Made by a program: the position numbers and the translations under genes
Origin: an uncultured Micavibrio sp.
GTDB taxonomy: Bacteria > Patescibacteriota > Minisyncoccia > Moranbacterales > GCA-2747515
Direction: 5' to 3'
Assembly: GCA_964427825.1 (NCBI GenBank)
Contig: CAYRUU010000001.1
Span: 1-61,255 of the forward strand
DNA length: 61,255 bases
The notes under the pieces: generated by a model
What the model was told of the DNA's origin: nothing
What the model saw: only the letters and a program-made list of their open reading frames with translations
Database searches by the model: none
Part shown: positions 45,678 through 55,098 of the stretch, piece by piece
Layout of the letters: each line of letters opens with the position of its first letter
Position numbering within the stretch: position 1 is the stretch's first letter

Positions 45678-46490
45678 ATGAAAAAATTTGTACACAAAAA
45701 ATCCTTGGGTCAAAATTTTCTGCAGAACGCCGCCGTGGTACGCGCCATTGTGGATTATGCGGCGGTGACGTCATCCGATGTTGTTTTAGAAGTGGGTCCA
45801 GGGGATGGCGTATTGACGACCGCTCTTGCTGCGCGCGCGGGACATGTGATTGCCATTGAGAAGGACAAACGGCTACTTGAGGTTTTGCGCAAACGCTTTG
45901 CCGATAGCGCGCATGTGATACTTGTCCACGATGATATTTTACAGAGTAACGTGACACAGATCATTGACCGCGCAACAGCATCACAGGGGTCTGCCTACAA
46001 GGCTGTGGCAAACATCCCGTACTACATCACGGCACCAATTCTGCGCTTGTTTATGGAACTGGATCGTCCGCCACAGGTGATGGTGGTGATGGTACAAAAG
46101 GAGGTGGCAGAGCGGTTATGCGCCGCGCCGGGGCAGATGAGTGTACTGAGCGTGGCGGCACAGTACTATTGTGATGTGCGCTATATGCAAACGGTGGACC
46201 GTACGGACTTTGAGCCTGTGCCCGCGGTAGACAGTGCGGTGGTAATGCTTACACGGCGCGTACATGTGCGACCGGATGCCGATTTTTTTCGCATTGTGCG
46301 CATCGGATTCAGTGCGCGTCGCAAAACACTTGCCAACAACCTTGCCAATGGTCTTCACGTGTCAAAACAATCTGCGATACAAATACTTGTGCAGTGCGGG
46401 ATTGCGCCCGATGCGCGTGCGCAGGAATTGTCGGTGGCGCAGTGGCGTGATGTGGCGCGCGTGGCTACGATGCTAGGCCGAGAAGTGTGA
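45678..46490 (+). CDS. rsmA: 16S rRNA (adenine1518/1519-N6)-dimethyltransferase
   Basis: Start set at MKKFVHKKSLGQNFL, preceded by GAAGGA. Contains the VLEVGPGDGVLT SAM motif. Confidence 0.9.
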   Translation: MKKFVHKKSLGQNFLQNAAVVRAIVDYAAVTSSDVVLEVGPGDGVLTTALAARAGHVIAIEKDKRLLEVLRKRFADSAHVILVHDDILQSNVTQIIDRATASQGSAYKAVANIPYYITAPILRLFMELDRPPQVMVVMVQKEVAERLCAAPGQMSVLSVAAQYYCDVRYMQTVDRTDFEPVPAVDSAVVMLTRRVHVRPDADFFRIVRIGFSARRKTLANNLANGLHVSKQSAIQILVQCGIAPDARAQELSVAQWRDVARVATMLGREV

Positions 46491-48138
46491 ATGCAAGAAT
46501 GCTCGCATACAATGCGACGCATCCGAATACGATCCACAATGTTGCATGCGGTGAGAAACGGAAGGTGTTGCTGCGCCTCGCGATGACGGTCCAGAATGCT
46601 ATACTGCCAATGAGGACGGCAGGCAGAAAGAGTGTGCGCGTGTTGAGTAAGAAGATGCTGAGAAGAAATGACGCGAGAATACCGCTACCGATGATGATGC
46701 GTCCGACACGTTCACCGGCAAGTACGGGCACAGTAAAAACGCGATGTTTTTTGTCGCCGCGGATATCCTTGAGGTCTTTAAGGGGTAGGGAGATTGTGTA
46801 GGCGACAATGAGAAGGATGCCGATGCGTATAGGGAATGTGTGGAGGTCATGCGTGGGGTTGATGAGGATGAATCCGATGGCGACAATGAAAAATGACGCG
46901 ATTGCTGCAAGAAATGTTGCAATGATGGGAAAGCGCTTGAGGCGCAGCGGCGGCGTGTTGTAGAGGTAGGATAGTGCGTGGTATCCAATAAGGAGGATGG
47001 CGGCATGGGGAAGAAGGAGTGCAATGTAGACGCAGGATAGGATGGTAAGGAAAACACCGATGGAGCGATAGGTGTCTACGCTAATACTGCGGATCACGAG
47101 CGGGCGCATGGGATTACTGATGCGGTCAATATCAATGTCAATAATATCGTTGAATATCACCGTAGCGTACCATGCCATCACAACAGCAAGTAGTGCAACA
47201 ATCACCGCCGCAATGGAAAAAGGTGTCCACAAAACGGTGGTGTCGGTGAAATGCCATGCGAGCGCCATGCCCACCAACAACAGTCCGCTGTGGTACAGTG
47301 TTTGCACGGGACGTATGTTGCGCAGCAGAGAAACGCATTGCGCACGGCGGAGAATACACCACAGAAGCACAGTCACACATGGAAAGATTATGGCATAGAC
47401 GAGAGACATTTTGATGTTACCGGAACTTGCTATATCGGTGATGGGTGTGGTAAGGATGGTTGTGGGCGAGGCGATAAATCCTGCCACGTCGGCGCCTGTG
47501 GTGCGCAGGTGGGTGTCGTGTAGAAGGATGGTGAGGATGGAGGGGAGTGCGCTCATCATAAAGCAGATGATGTAGACAGCAACACCAGCCGTAACGGTGC
47601 GCCAGATGGTACGTGTTGTGGCATAGACATAGGTGCTAATGCCAATGATGGCAATGGCAATCATGATGCGTGTGCCATAGGTGATACCGCTTGTGGGACT
47701 ATCACCAAAAAATGTCCACAGACTGTGCCACAGACCACCCACGCCGTCAAAGAGAGAATAACTCCAAAAAGATACACCGCTGAAAAACCAGTGTGCAATC
47801 ACCATATCCAAAACCGGCGGACACACGGTGAGTAGAAAGCCAAGAAGTAGCAGGGTTGTTGTGGCGTATACGGTGGTGCGTGTGAGGGTGATGATGAGAA
47901 GGGTGCATGCGAGAAAAAGTGTGGCGAAAAAGAGCATCGTGTGAACCGTTTCGGTAAAATAGAAGATACCACTACGTGGCGTGAAGTGATTGACCCATGA
48001 CTCCACAACAAGCCGTGTTGCGATGATGGCGGCGAATGTGGTAGCAAGGGTGTGTAGGGATAGGGGTGTTTTGTGCAGGATCGTTGCAAGACGCATATAG
48101 AGAATAGGATGTTTATAATTATGGGATCGCCGCAACAT
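46465..48138 (-). CDS. UbiA-family prenyltransferase fused to a large N-terminal polytopic membrane domain
   Basis: 557 aa, hydrophobic throughout. The C-terminal half has NDIIDIDIDRISNPMRPL (the NDxxDxxxD motif). Confidence 0.75.
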   Translation of the reverse strand: MLRRSHNYKHPILYMRLATILHKTPLSLHTLATTFAAIIATRLVVESWVNHFTPRSGIFYFTETVHTMLFFATLFLACTLLIITLTRTTVYATTTLLLLGFLLTVCPPVLDMVIAHWFFSGVSFWSYSLFDGVGGLWHSLWTFFGDSPTSGITYGTRIMIAIAIIGISTYVYATTRTIWRTVTAGVAVYIICFMMSALPSILTILLHDTHLRTTGADVAGFIASPTTILTTPITDIASSGNIKMSLVYAIIFPCVTVLLWCILRRAQCVSLLRNIRPVQTLYHSGLLLVGMALAWHFTDTTVLWTPFSIAAVIVALLAVVMAWYATVIFNDIIDIDIDRISNPMRPLVIRSISVDTYRSIGVFLTILSCVYIALLLPHAAILLIGYHALSYLYNTPPLRLKRFPIIATFLAAIASFFIVAIGFILINPTHDLHTFPIRIGILLIVAYTISLPLKDLKDIRGDKKHRVFTVPVLAGERVGRIIIGSGILASFLLSIFLLNTRTLFLPAVLIGSIAFWTVIARRSNTFRFSPHATLWIVFGCVALYASILAFTLLGLAS

Positions 48139-48203
48139 GTAGCATGTGCGGCACGATATCGTTTACCCATTGTCATCATACCATATTTTATCCTATGTTT
48201 TAA

Positions 48204-50399
48204 ATGGAGAAGTATAGCCCACAAAGTGATTTCAGTGGTACAATGAACACTATGAATGATCCGATTTTGGCACAACTGAATCCGCAACAGAAAAAAGCCG
48301 TCATGGCGTTTGAGGGACCATTTTTGGTGCTTGCTGGTGCGGGATCTGGCAAAACAACAGCCCTGACACGACGTATTGCCTATTTGATCCGGCATCATGG
48401 CGTTGCGGCACACGCTATTGTGGCGGTGACATTTACCAACAAAGCGGCACGTGAGATGCGCGATCGTGTTGCTGATCTGCTGCACGGGCATGGCGCACTG
48501 CCATGGGTGGGTACTTTTCATAGTACATGTGTGTGGATTTTGCGCGATCACGCCGATCGCATCGGCTATGAGCGCAATTTTACGATCATTGACGCTGCTG
48601 ATCAATTGGCGCTAGTAAAGCGCGTGATGAAGGAATTGGATATTGCGGTTACACAACTGTCGCCGCGCAGTGTCTTGGAGAGTATTTCGCGTGCCAAGAG
48701 TGACTTGTTGACGCCGGAGGCATACGCGACGCATGCGGACACCTATCGCGACGAGCAAGTTGCACGCATCTATGAACGCTATCAATACAGGCTGTGCACT
48801 AACCACAGTATGGACTTTGATGATCTCATCCGCCTCACCAGTGCACTTTTTGAAAAACACCCCGATCTTTTGCGCGCCTACAACGATCGGTGGCGCTTTG
48901 TGTTGGTGGATGAGTATCAAGATACCAACTACGCGCAGTATCATCTGATCCGCCTCTTAACGCGGCACCACCGCAATATCTTTGTTGTTGGAGATGATTG
49001 GCAATCAATCTATAAGTGGCGTGGTGCGGACGTGCAAAACATCTTGCGTTTTGAAAAGGATTTTCCCGGCACAACAGTGATCGCCTTGGAGCAAAACTAT
49101 CGGTCGCCGCAAAATGTGTTGGATGTTGCCTATGGCATCATTGAGCGAACGGTGCATCGGACCAATAAGCGCATTTGGAGTAAAAATGGCGCCGGAAAAA
49201 AACTGATGACCTATGAAGCGGAGGATGAGCTTGACGAAGCGACATTTGTGCTTTCAACCATGCGGCGGTTGATGGAGCAGGAAGGCTATTGTGAACGGGA
49301 TTTTGTGGTGCTGTATCGGACTAATGCGCAGGCGCGCGTCATGGAGGAGTTGCTGATGCGCGAGCAAGTAGCCTATCGCATCATTGGTGGTATGAAATTC
49401 TATGAGCGGAAAGAAGTACGCGACATGTTGGCGTATGTACGTCTTGTTGCCAATCCGTCTGACGCGAGTGCGTTGGAACGGGCACTGCGCGTGCCCAAGC
49501 GAAACATTGGACCGAAAACGCTGCATGCATGGCTGACTGTGGCGGAGAAGGCTGGTGTCAGCCCCATCGCTGTGGGTGCGGATGCGGCTATAGCGGACCG
49601 GCTGCCAAGCGCAAAACGAAATGCTATTGCGGCGTTTTGCACGATGATCACGGAAGCGCGTGCCTATGTGGAGACACACACGGTTGCGGAGTTGATTGCG
49701 CATCTCTATACGGCAAGTGGATACAAGGCGTTTTTGAATGATGGCACGGAAGAAGGGTTGACGCGGGAGGAAAATGTACAGGAGCTATATTCCAGTGTGT
49801 TGGCACAGGCGCGTGGCCTTGAGGGGCTTATGGTGTTTTTGGAGCATGTGTCACTTGCTAGCGATGCGGACGCTGTGGATGAGCAGAGTGGTGCAGTGCA
49901 CCTGATGACATTGCACAGTGTGAAAGGCTTGGAATTTCCCGTGGTGTTTGTGATTGGGATGGAGGAGGGGCTTTTACCGCATAGCCGGGCAATGGCGAGC
50001 GAAGAGGAAATGGAGGAAGAGCGACGCTTGGCATATGTGGGCGTAACGCGCGCCAAAGAACAAGTCTTTTTTATCCATGCGCGACAGCGTGTATTGTTTG
50101 GCAGTTTGCAGATGAATCAGCCGTCGCAGTTTTATGACGACATGCCGCAGGATCTCTTGTTACCCGTGCAGACGAAAAAACGCACGCGTGTGACATACGG
50201 CGTCAACACGGTGGTCCCGTCCGATGCGAAGACGCGCGATGTGCAACAGATGTTTGTGGATGGCGATGCTGTGGAGCATCCACAGTTCGGTGTGGGTATT
50301 GTGGTGGCGCAGACGGAGACGATTGTGCATGTCGTGTTTCGCGATGCGGGGCTCAAAAAACTTGCGCGTGGTATTGCACCGCTTGTACGTCGCACATAA
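48204..50399 (+). CDS. pcrA: UvrD/PcrA-type ATP-dependent DNA helicase
   Basis: 731 aa with Walker A AGAGSGKT, DEYQDTN and the helicase motifs. The true start may be the internal ATG at 48252. Confidence 0.92.
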   Translation: MEKYSPQSDFSGTMNTMNDPILAQLNPQQKKAVMAFEGPFLVLAGAGSGKTTALTRRIAYLIRHHGVAAHAIVAVTFTNKAAREMRDRVADLLHGHGALPWVGTFHSTCVWILRDHADRIGYERNFTIIDAADQLALVKRVMKELDIAVTQLSPRSVLESISRAKSDLLTPEAYATHADTYRDEQVARIYERYQYRLCTNHSMDFDDLIRLTSALFEKHPDLLRAYNDRWRFVLVDEYQDTNYAQYHLIRLLTRHHRNIFVVGDDWQSIYKWRGADVQNILRFEKDFPGTTVIALEQNYRSPQNVLDVAYGIIERTVHRTNKRIWSKNGAGKKLMTYEAEDELDEATFVLSTMRRLMEQEGYCERDFVVLYRTNAQARVMEELLMREQVAYRIIGGMKFYERKEVRDMLAYVRLVANPSDASALERALRVPKRNIGPKTLHAWLTVAEKAGVSPIAVGADAAIADRLPSAKRNAIAAFCTMITEARAYVETHTVAELIAHLYTASGYKAFLNDGTEEGLTREENVQELYSSVLAQARGLEGLMVFLEHVSLASDADAVDEQSGAVHLMTLHSVKGLEFPVVFVIGMEEGLLPHSRAMASEEEMEEERRLAYVGVTRAKEQVFFIHARQRVLFGSLQMNQPSQFYDDMPQDLLLPVQTKKRTRVTYGVNTVVPSDAKTRDVQQMFVDGDAVEHPQFGVGIVVAQTETIVHVVFRDAGLKKLARGIAPLVRRT

Positions 50400-50412
50400 A
50401 TTGTAGTGCACA

Positions 50413-51150
50413 ATGATCATGCATCATGAAAAAAGAGCAATCATCTCTTGGGCAGTGATCGTCAGCGCCTGTGCGTTTGTTGGTGTGGTAGTGTGGTGGA
50501 TCTTTTTTGCCACGGAGACGGTGCAGGAGGTGACTGTGGAGCGTGACGTCGCACTAGTACATCAAGAACATGCCCAAAGCGACACAAGTAGAAGCGTGGT
50601 TCTACAGCGGGATGTGGTGCCGGCGGAAGAGGTGGCGCCCGTACAACTGGCATTTGCATGGCCGATGGACCGCGCTGTGGAGCGTATCACCAAAAAACCG
50701 TTTGGCATCCTTATTGATCCCGCATCGTCGCCGGTGCAGCCGGAACGGTTTTCTGGATACCATACGGGAACGGATTTTGAAGTCTTTCCCGATGAGATCC
50801 AACAGCGCGTTTACGTGCGGGCGGTGTGCACCGGTGCACTGCGCGTCAAACAAAATGTCAATGGCTATGGCGGTGTGATTGTGCAGGAGTGTCGTTATGG
50901 CGACGAGTCTATCACGGTACTCTACGGACACCTTGCCGTACACTACACACCACATCGCGTTGGTGATGTGGTGGCGGTTGGCGAGGTGTTTGCGCAACTT
51001 GGAGAAGATGGCAGTCGTGAGACCGACGGTGAGCGTAAGCATTTGCATGTGGGCGTGCATCGCACAAGTGCCATTGTTTTTGCGGGCTATGTTGCGCGTA
51101 CGGCGCAATTGTCGCCATGGATGGATCTTGCACAGCTTATTGGCATATAG
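50413..51150 (+). CDS. M23-family metallopeptidase
   Basis: 245 aa with an N-terminal TM helix, HTGTDF (HxxxD) and HLHVGV (HxH). Confidence 0.85.
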   Translation: MIMHHEKRAIISWAVIVSACAFVGVVVWWIFFATETVQEVTVERDVALVHQEHAQSDTSRSVVLQRDVVPAEEVAPVQLAFAWPMDRAVERITKKPFGILIDPASSPVQPERFSGYHTGTDFEVFPDEIQQRVYVRAVCTGALRVKQNVNGYGGVIVQECRYGDESITVLYGHLAVHYTPHRVGDVVAVGEVFAQLGEDGSRETDGERKHLHVGVHRTSAIVFAGYVARTAQLSPWMDLAQLIGI

Positions 51151-51272
51151 TACACGCATGTTGTCGTAAGGGGTGTTTTGTGGTAGAATTATCCTTAGGA
51201 AAATAACAAATGTTCTTTATCAATGAGCACCGCTAATGTGGTGTTTTTTTTCTATAAAAAAAGGAGGATGCC

Positions 51273-51443
51273 ATGAGAAAAGAAGAGATGACCATGGGTA
51301 CAATCATTGGAAAATGTATCGTTGTTATTTTATTTCTCCCCCTGATTGTTTCTGCAATAATTATTTTTGGAGCACTCTATCTGTATGTGGAGTGCGGTGA
51401 AGACGCACGACGTCGGCGGCACACCGTGCTGCCGCCAGAATAG
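51273..51443 (+). CDS. small (56 aa) single-TM protein
   Basis: Below the ORF-track cutoff. AGGAGG lies 6 nt upstream of the ATG. Translation: MRKEEMTMGTIIGKCIVVILFLPLIVSAIIIFGALYLYVECGEDARRRRHTVLPPE. Confidence 0.5.
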   Translation: MRKEEMTMGTIIGKCIVVILFLPLIVSAIIIFGALYLYVECGEDARRRRHTVLPPE

Positions 51444-51481
51444 AAATACAAGTCAAGCGCGTGCAATCTTGCACACGTTTT

Positions 51482-52420
51482 TTATATCTTCTTCTTGCCG
51501 TGAAATTTTTTGTGGACTTCTTTGAGACCTTTATTGGTGACGTGTGTGTACACTTGCGTTGTGGTGATGTTGGCGTGTCCGAGCATGGCTTGCACGGAGC
51601 GGATGTCGGCGCCGTTGTGGAGCAGGTCGGTGGCAAAGGTATGGCGTAGGGTGTGCGGATGGACATTTTTGACAATACCGGCTTTGGCGGCGTATTTTTT
51701 GACGATGCGCTGAATACTGCGTGACGTGAGACGCAGGCCGCCACTTTCGGTTTCTTTGCGTCCATGCCTACTGTTGCGCACAAAGAGCGCCGGATCAATA
51801 TCACCGCGTTTTGCGAGGTAGGCTTCTAGGGCTTTTTTTGCCGCGTCGGAGATAAAGACGATGCGCACCTTACCACCTTTGCCGCGTACGCTGAATTCTT
51901 GGCGGTCAAGATTGAGACTGTCGCGGTCTAGTGCGACGATTTCTGACACGCGTAGTCCTGCGGAAAACAGCAACTCCAAAATCGCACGGTCGCGTAGTGA
52001 CGACACATCCGGTCCCTCAGCGGCCGTCACGAGACGCACGATTTCATCATCTTCCAAAAAGGTGACGGGCTGCTCGGGATTCTTACCGATGTCAATTTTT
52101 TCTGCTGACAAGGTGGCAATGTCGTTTTTTGCGAGGTATTTGAGAAAATTGCGCAGAGCGATGGCGTGGTAGTTTTGCGTGGCGATGCTGAAGGGCTCGC
52201 CTGTGTGCGGCACGGTGTGACGATTGAGGAAAACGCGGTATTTGCGGACGATCGTCATGGTGATGTCGCTCGGTTCGCACGATTGGCAGTGTACATTGAC
52301 AAAATCCACAAAACGTTCCAAATAGTGGTCGTAGTTTTGGATGGTTTTTTGGCTGCGGTGGAGTTCTGACTCCAAATACTCCAAATACTCCATTTTCAAG
52401 TCGTAGAGATCTTTTGTCAT
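51482..52420 (-). CDS. XerC/XerD-like tyrosine recombinase
   Basis: 312 aa with GLRVSEIVAL, HTLRHTFATDLL and LGHANITTTQVYTHV (the R..HxxR..H..Y catalytic set). Confidence 0.88.
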   Translation of the reverse strand: MTKDLYDLKMEYLEYLESELHRSQKTIQNYDHYLERFVDFVNVHCQSCEPSDITMTIVRKYRVFLNRHTVPHTGEPFSIATQNYHAIALRNFLKYLAKNDIATLSAEKIDIGKNPEQPVTFLEDDEIVRLVTAAEGPDVSSLRDRAILELLFSAGLRVSEIVALDRDSLNLDRQEFSVRGKGGKVRIVFISDAAKKALEAYLAKRGDIDPALFVRNSRHGRKETESGGLRLTSRSIQRIVKKYAAKAGIVKNVHPHTLRHTFATDLLHNGADIRSVQAMLGHANITTTQVYTHVTNKGLKEVHKKFHGKKKI

Positions 52421-52481
52421 GACTCTTTCAGTAAATAAAAACTATACTCTCATGTTACCACAGAATCGCCCAGATGTAATT

Positions 52482-52509
52482 TTGACAAAATGCCGGATGT
52501 CTCTATAAT
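52482..52509 (+). promoter_or_regulatory. near-consensus sigma70 promoter
   Basis: TTGACA (52482-52487), 16-nt spacer, TATAAT (52504-52509), upstream of the LysM-CHAP locus. Confidence 0.6.
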
Positions 52510-52756
52510 AGAAGAAGTCTAAAAAATAAGGTTTGCGCAGATGGTGACTGCCTTGTCTTGATCACCTTACGCGTACAACCATGTCAAGGACGCAACAGCT
52601 ATTTCACGATTTTCCAAAAAATGTCGCGCTTGTCGCAACGCATTTTCACGGCTCTATAGCGTTTATCTTGCGATTGAACACATCACAATCGAGTCTTTTC
52701 GTCAACGGTCATTCTTTGGCATCGGTCATTTTATTCGTCACAACGGTAGTTTAGCG

Positions 52757-53806
52757 GTGCTTGTGGTGATCGCTACACTCATTGTTTTTGGCAATATTTC
52801 CGCGCGCGCCAACGACGACGATTCCTATCTCATGGGCTATTTGACGGCATACAACAAGCCGACGGGTATTGTTGGTAGAACGGGAGAATCAAGCTTGATT
52901 TTAGACAACAGTATTGTCAGTGATTCGCGCAGTGAGGTGACGACGGCGGAGCTGAAAGAAAAGGCATCACAGGAGTCGCAGATGAGCGTTTTGACGAATA
53001 CCAGCGAGGAGTTATTGGGAGATGCAGCGATTATCCCGCCGCGTCGCGAAGGGGCGAGTGATCCGGAGAACGAAGGTGACGTGATCCTGTACACCGTGCA
53101 GGTGGGTGACACGCTGAGCACGATTGCAGCGAAGTATCGCGTGACGACGGAGACGCTATTTTGGGCAAATGAAATTGAAAACATTGACGACATCGCGCCG
53201 GGCGATACGCTGTTTATTTTGCCTGACTCCGGTGTGAAGCATAAAGTGGTAGCAGGTGACACGGTGGATAAGATTGCCGAGCAATATAAAGTTGATCGCA
53301 AAGAGATTATTGCGTACAATAGTTTACCAGCAAACGGAGAAATTGAGGTTGGTGCGGAGGTGTTTGTGCCGGGTGGGCGCAAGGAAATTCCGCGTCCGGT
53401 GGAGCCGATTCTTGTGCCGCGTGACTATGTGGCAACCGGGACAGGTAGTACCAATCTCGGCAGTTCCGTCGTGAAAAACACATCCAAAGCGCGACGCGCG
53501 GGTAATAGTTTTCCCTACGGTTATTGCACGTACCATGTGGCAAACAAGCGTACGGTGACGTGGCGTGGTAATGCCGGTGCGTGGTTGTACAATGCGCGCG
53601 CGGCAGGTTATGCTACAGGGAAGAGGCCGCAGGTAGGGGCGATTGTCGTGACAACGGAAGATGCGCGCTATGGACACGTTGCGTATGTGGAGTCCGTGGG
53701 TAAGGACACGATCACGATTTCGGAAATGAACTACAAGGGATGGGGCGTGGTAAACACGCGGACATTGAGTCAAAACGCCCGTGTGATTCGCGGTTATATT
53801 TACTAA
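52757..53806 (+). CDS. LysM (x2) + CHAP-domain peptidoglycan hydrolase
   Basis: 349 aa from the GTG start. LysM repeats: YTVQVGDTLSTIAAKY and HKVVAGDTVDKIAEQY. CHAP region: FPYGYCTYHV...GHVAYVESV. The frame is open upstream to 52562 with no ATG, GTG or TTG start, so the true N-terminus is uncertain. Confidence 0.85.
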   Translation: MLVVIATLIVFGNISARANDDDSYLMGYLTAYNKPTGIVGRTGESSLILDNSIVSDSRSEVTTAELKEKASQESQMSVLTNTSEELLGDAAIIPPRREGASDPENEGDVILYTVQVGDTLSTIAAKYRVTTETLFWANEIENIDDIAPGDTLFILPDSGVKHKVVAGDTVDKIAEQYKVDRKEIIAYNSLPANGEIEVGAEVFVPGGRKEIPRPVEPILVPRDYVATGTGSTNLGSSVVKNTSKARRAGNSFPYGYCTYHVANKRTVTWRGNAGAWLYNARAAGYATGKRPQVGAIVVTTEDARYGHVAYVESVGKDTITISEMNYKGWGVVNTRTLSQNARVIRGYIY

Positions 53807-53851
53807 TGTGATGCGCGTATACAAAGGCATCTTGTGCGCAGACAGTCGTGT

Positions 53852-54553
53852 ATGATTTTTCTTTGGGGTGTTCTTGTGGTGGCGACGATCGGCATACTCA
53901 TGGCACGTGTACGAACGGTGTCGCGCCAGATGACAACATTTTTGTATACAGTGATTATGACGTGTGCCGTGTGCGCATTGGTTGTGCTGCGCGCACCATT
54001 TATTGACGAGCACATGTTGGCACAATTGCGTTTGCTGTGTGCGCCGCAGCCAAATGTCATGCAGGTGTCTACAGCAAACACTGCTACGGATAATGCCCAT
54101 AGCGCTCTTGTTGTAGAGGGATTGTTTGCTGTTACGGATATTGTGGATGGCGATACGATCAAGGTACACGCGGGCGAACGCAGGGAGACCGTGCGCATCA
54201 TCGGCATTAATACGCCGGAATCCGTGGATCCGCGGCGCGCTGTGGAATGTTTTGGTGCGGAAGCGTCGGCGCGTGCTGCAGCACTGCTTTCGGAAGCGAC
54301 GGTGATCCTTGAACGGGACACGACGCAGGCGGATCGCGATCGATATGGGCGACTATTGCGCCATGTGCGTCTTGCTGATGGGCGTCAGTTTGGCGCCGTG
54401 ATGATTGTGGAGGGGTTTGCCTATGAATACACCTATAACGCTGCCCATGCCTATCAGCAAGCCTATCGCGCGGCGCAGAAGGAGGCACGGGCAGCGCAGC
54501 GGGGACTATGGGCGCCCGATGCGTGTGTGGAGAATGCTAGGGTGGAACATTGA
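53852..54553 (+). CDS. thermonuclease (SNase) family protein
   Basis: Contains DGDTIKV..VRIIGINTPE..RDRYGRLLRHV..EGFAYEY. ATG at 53852; the ORF track starts at the GTG at 53834. Confidence 0.85.
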   Translation: MIFLWGVLVVATIGILMARVRTVSRQMTTFLYTVIMTCAVCALVVLRAPFIDEHMLAQLRLLCAPQPNVMQVSTANTATDNAHSALVVEGLFAVTDIVDGDTIKVHAGERRETVRIIGINTPESVDPRRAVECFGAEASARAAALLSEATVILERDTTQADRDRYGRLLRHVRLADGRQFGAVMIVEGFAYEYTYNAAHAYQQAYRAAQKEARAAQRGLWAPDACVENARVEH

Positions 54554-54631
54554 CAGTGATACTGTGACATGTTAGGATATCTTTTCCATGTGGAGAGTTT
54601 TTTAATAAAAACGAGCGAGAGGAGGTATAAT

Positions 54632-55060
54632 ATGGGAAAAAGAGATCGTCCTGTGCGCTCAAAAAGACGCGAGGGTGGATGGAGAAGTAAACGTCCACAA
54701 GATCTACTCAAAAAGATTAGAGAGGCGGAAAAACGAGAGCACAATCTTGCCAACATACATTGGGAGGCGACGAAAGAATTGTCTCAAGTTCAGAAGACTC
54801 TCCATACGTTGGAGAAGAAAATTGTACAGGAGCGAGGGCAATATGAGGCTAGGGCACGTATGTACAAGGATGCGATACATGCACTGGCATGTTGCGTGGA
54901 AACGTGTCGCGTCGCCGTAGAAGATGTGCAATTATCAAGCCCAAAGCTGTCGCTGCAGGAGATGTTTATGCGACAGAAAAAGGCATTGGACGAAGTGCAA
55001 AAGGCGATCGCGGAGTTGGAGAATACGCGTCTCCTCAAGATTCAAGATGTCCAAAAATAG
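54632..55060 (+). CDS. basic coiled-coil hypothetical protein
   Basis: Start set at MGKRDRPV, preceded by GAGGAGG. Confidence 0.55.
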   Translation: MGKRDRPVRSKRREGGWRSKRPQDLLKKIREAEKREHNLANIHWEATKELSQVQKTLHTLEKKIVQERGQYEARARMYKDAIHALACCVETCRVAVEDVQLSSPKLSLQEMFMRQKKALDEVQKAIAELENTRLLKIQDVQK

Positions 55061-55062
55061 CT

Positions 55063-55098
55063 AAAAAACCATGGCACAATGTCTGCGCATGGTTTTTT
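55063..55098. terminator. bidirectional terminator between convergent genes
   Basis: AAAAAACCATG-loop-CATGGTTTTTT. Confidence 0.6.

Noticed and set aside
47799-48605. Minus-strand ORF 47799-48605 (268 aa)
   Set aside because: It spans the UbiA gene start, the intergenic region and the antisense of pcrA. Its composition is poor.
51482-52420. Tyrosine recombinase as a marker of a prophage or integrative element
   Set aside because: No flanking direct repeats, tRNA target or phage/conjugation genes are nearby. The sequence looks like chromosomal XerC/D.
53324-54321. Minus-strand ORFs 53324-54169 (281 aa) and 53803-54321 (172 aa)
   Set aside because: They are antisense to the well-supported LysM-CHAP and SNase genes and have His/Arg/Cys-rich composition.
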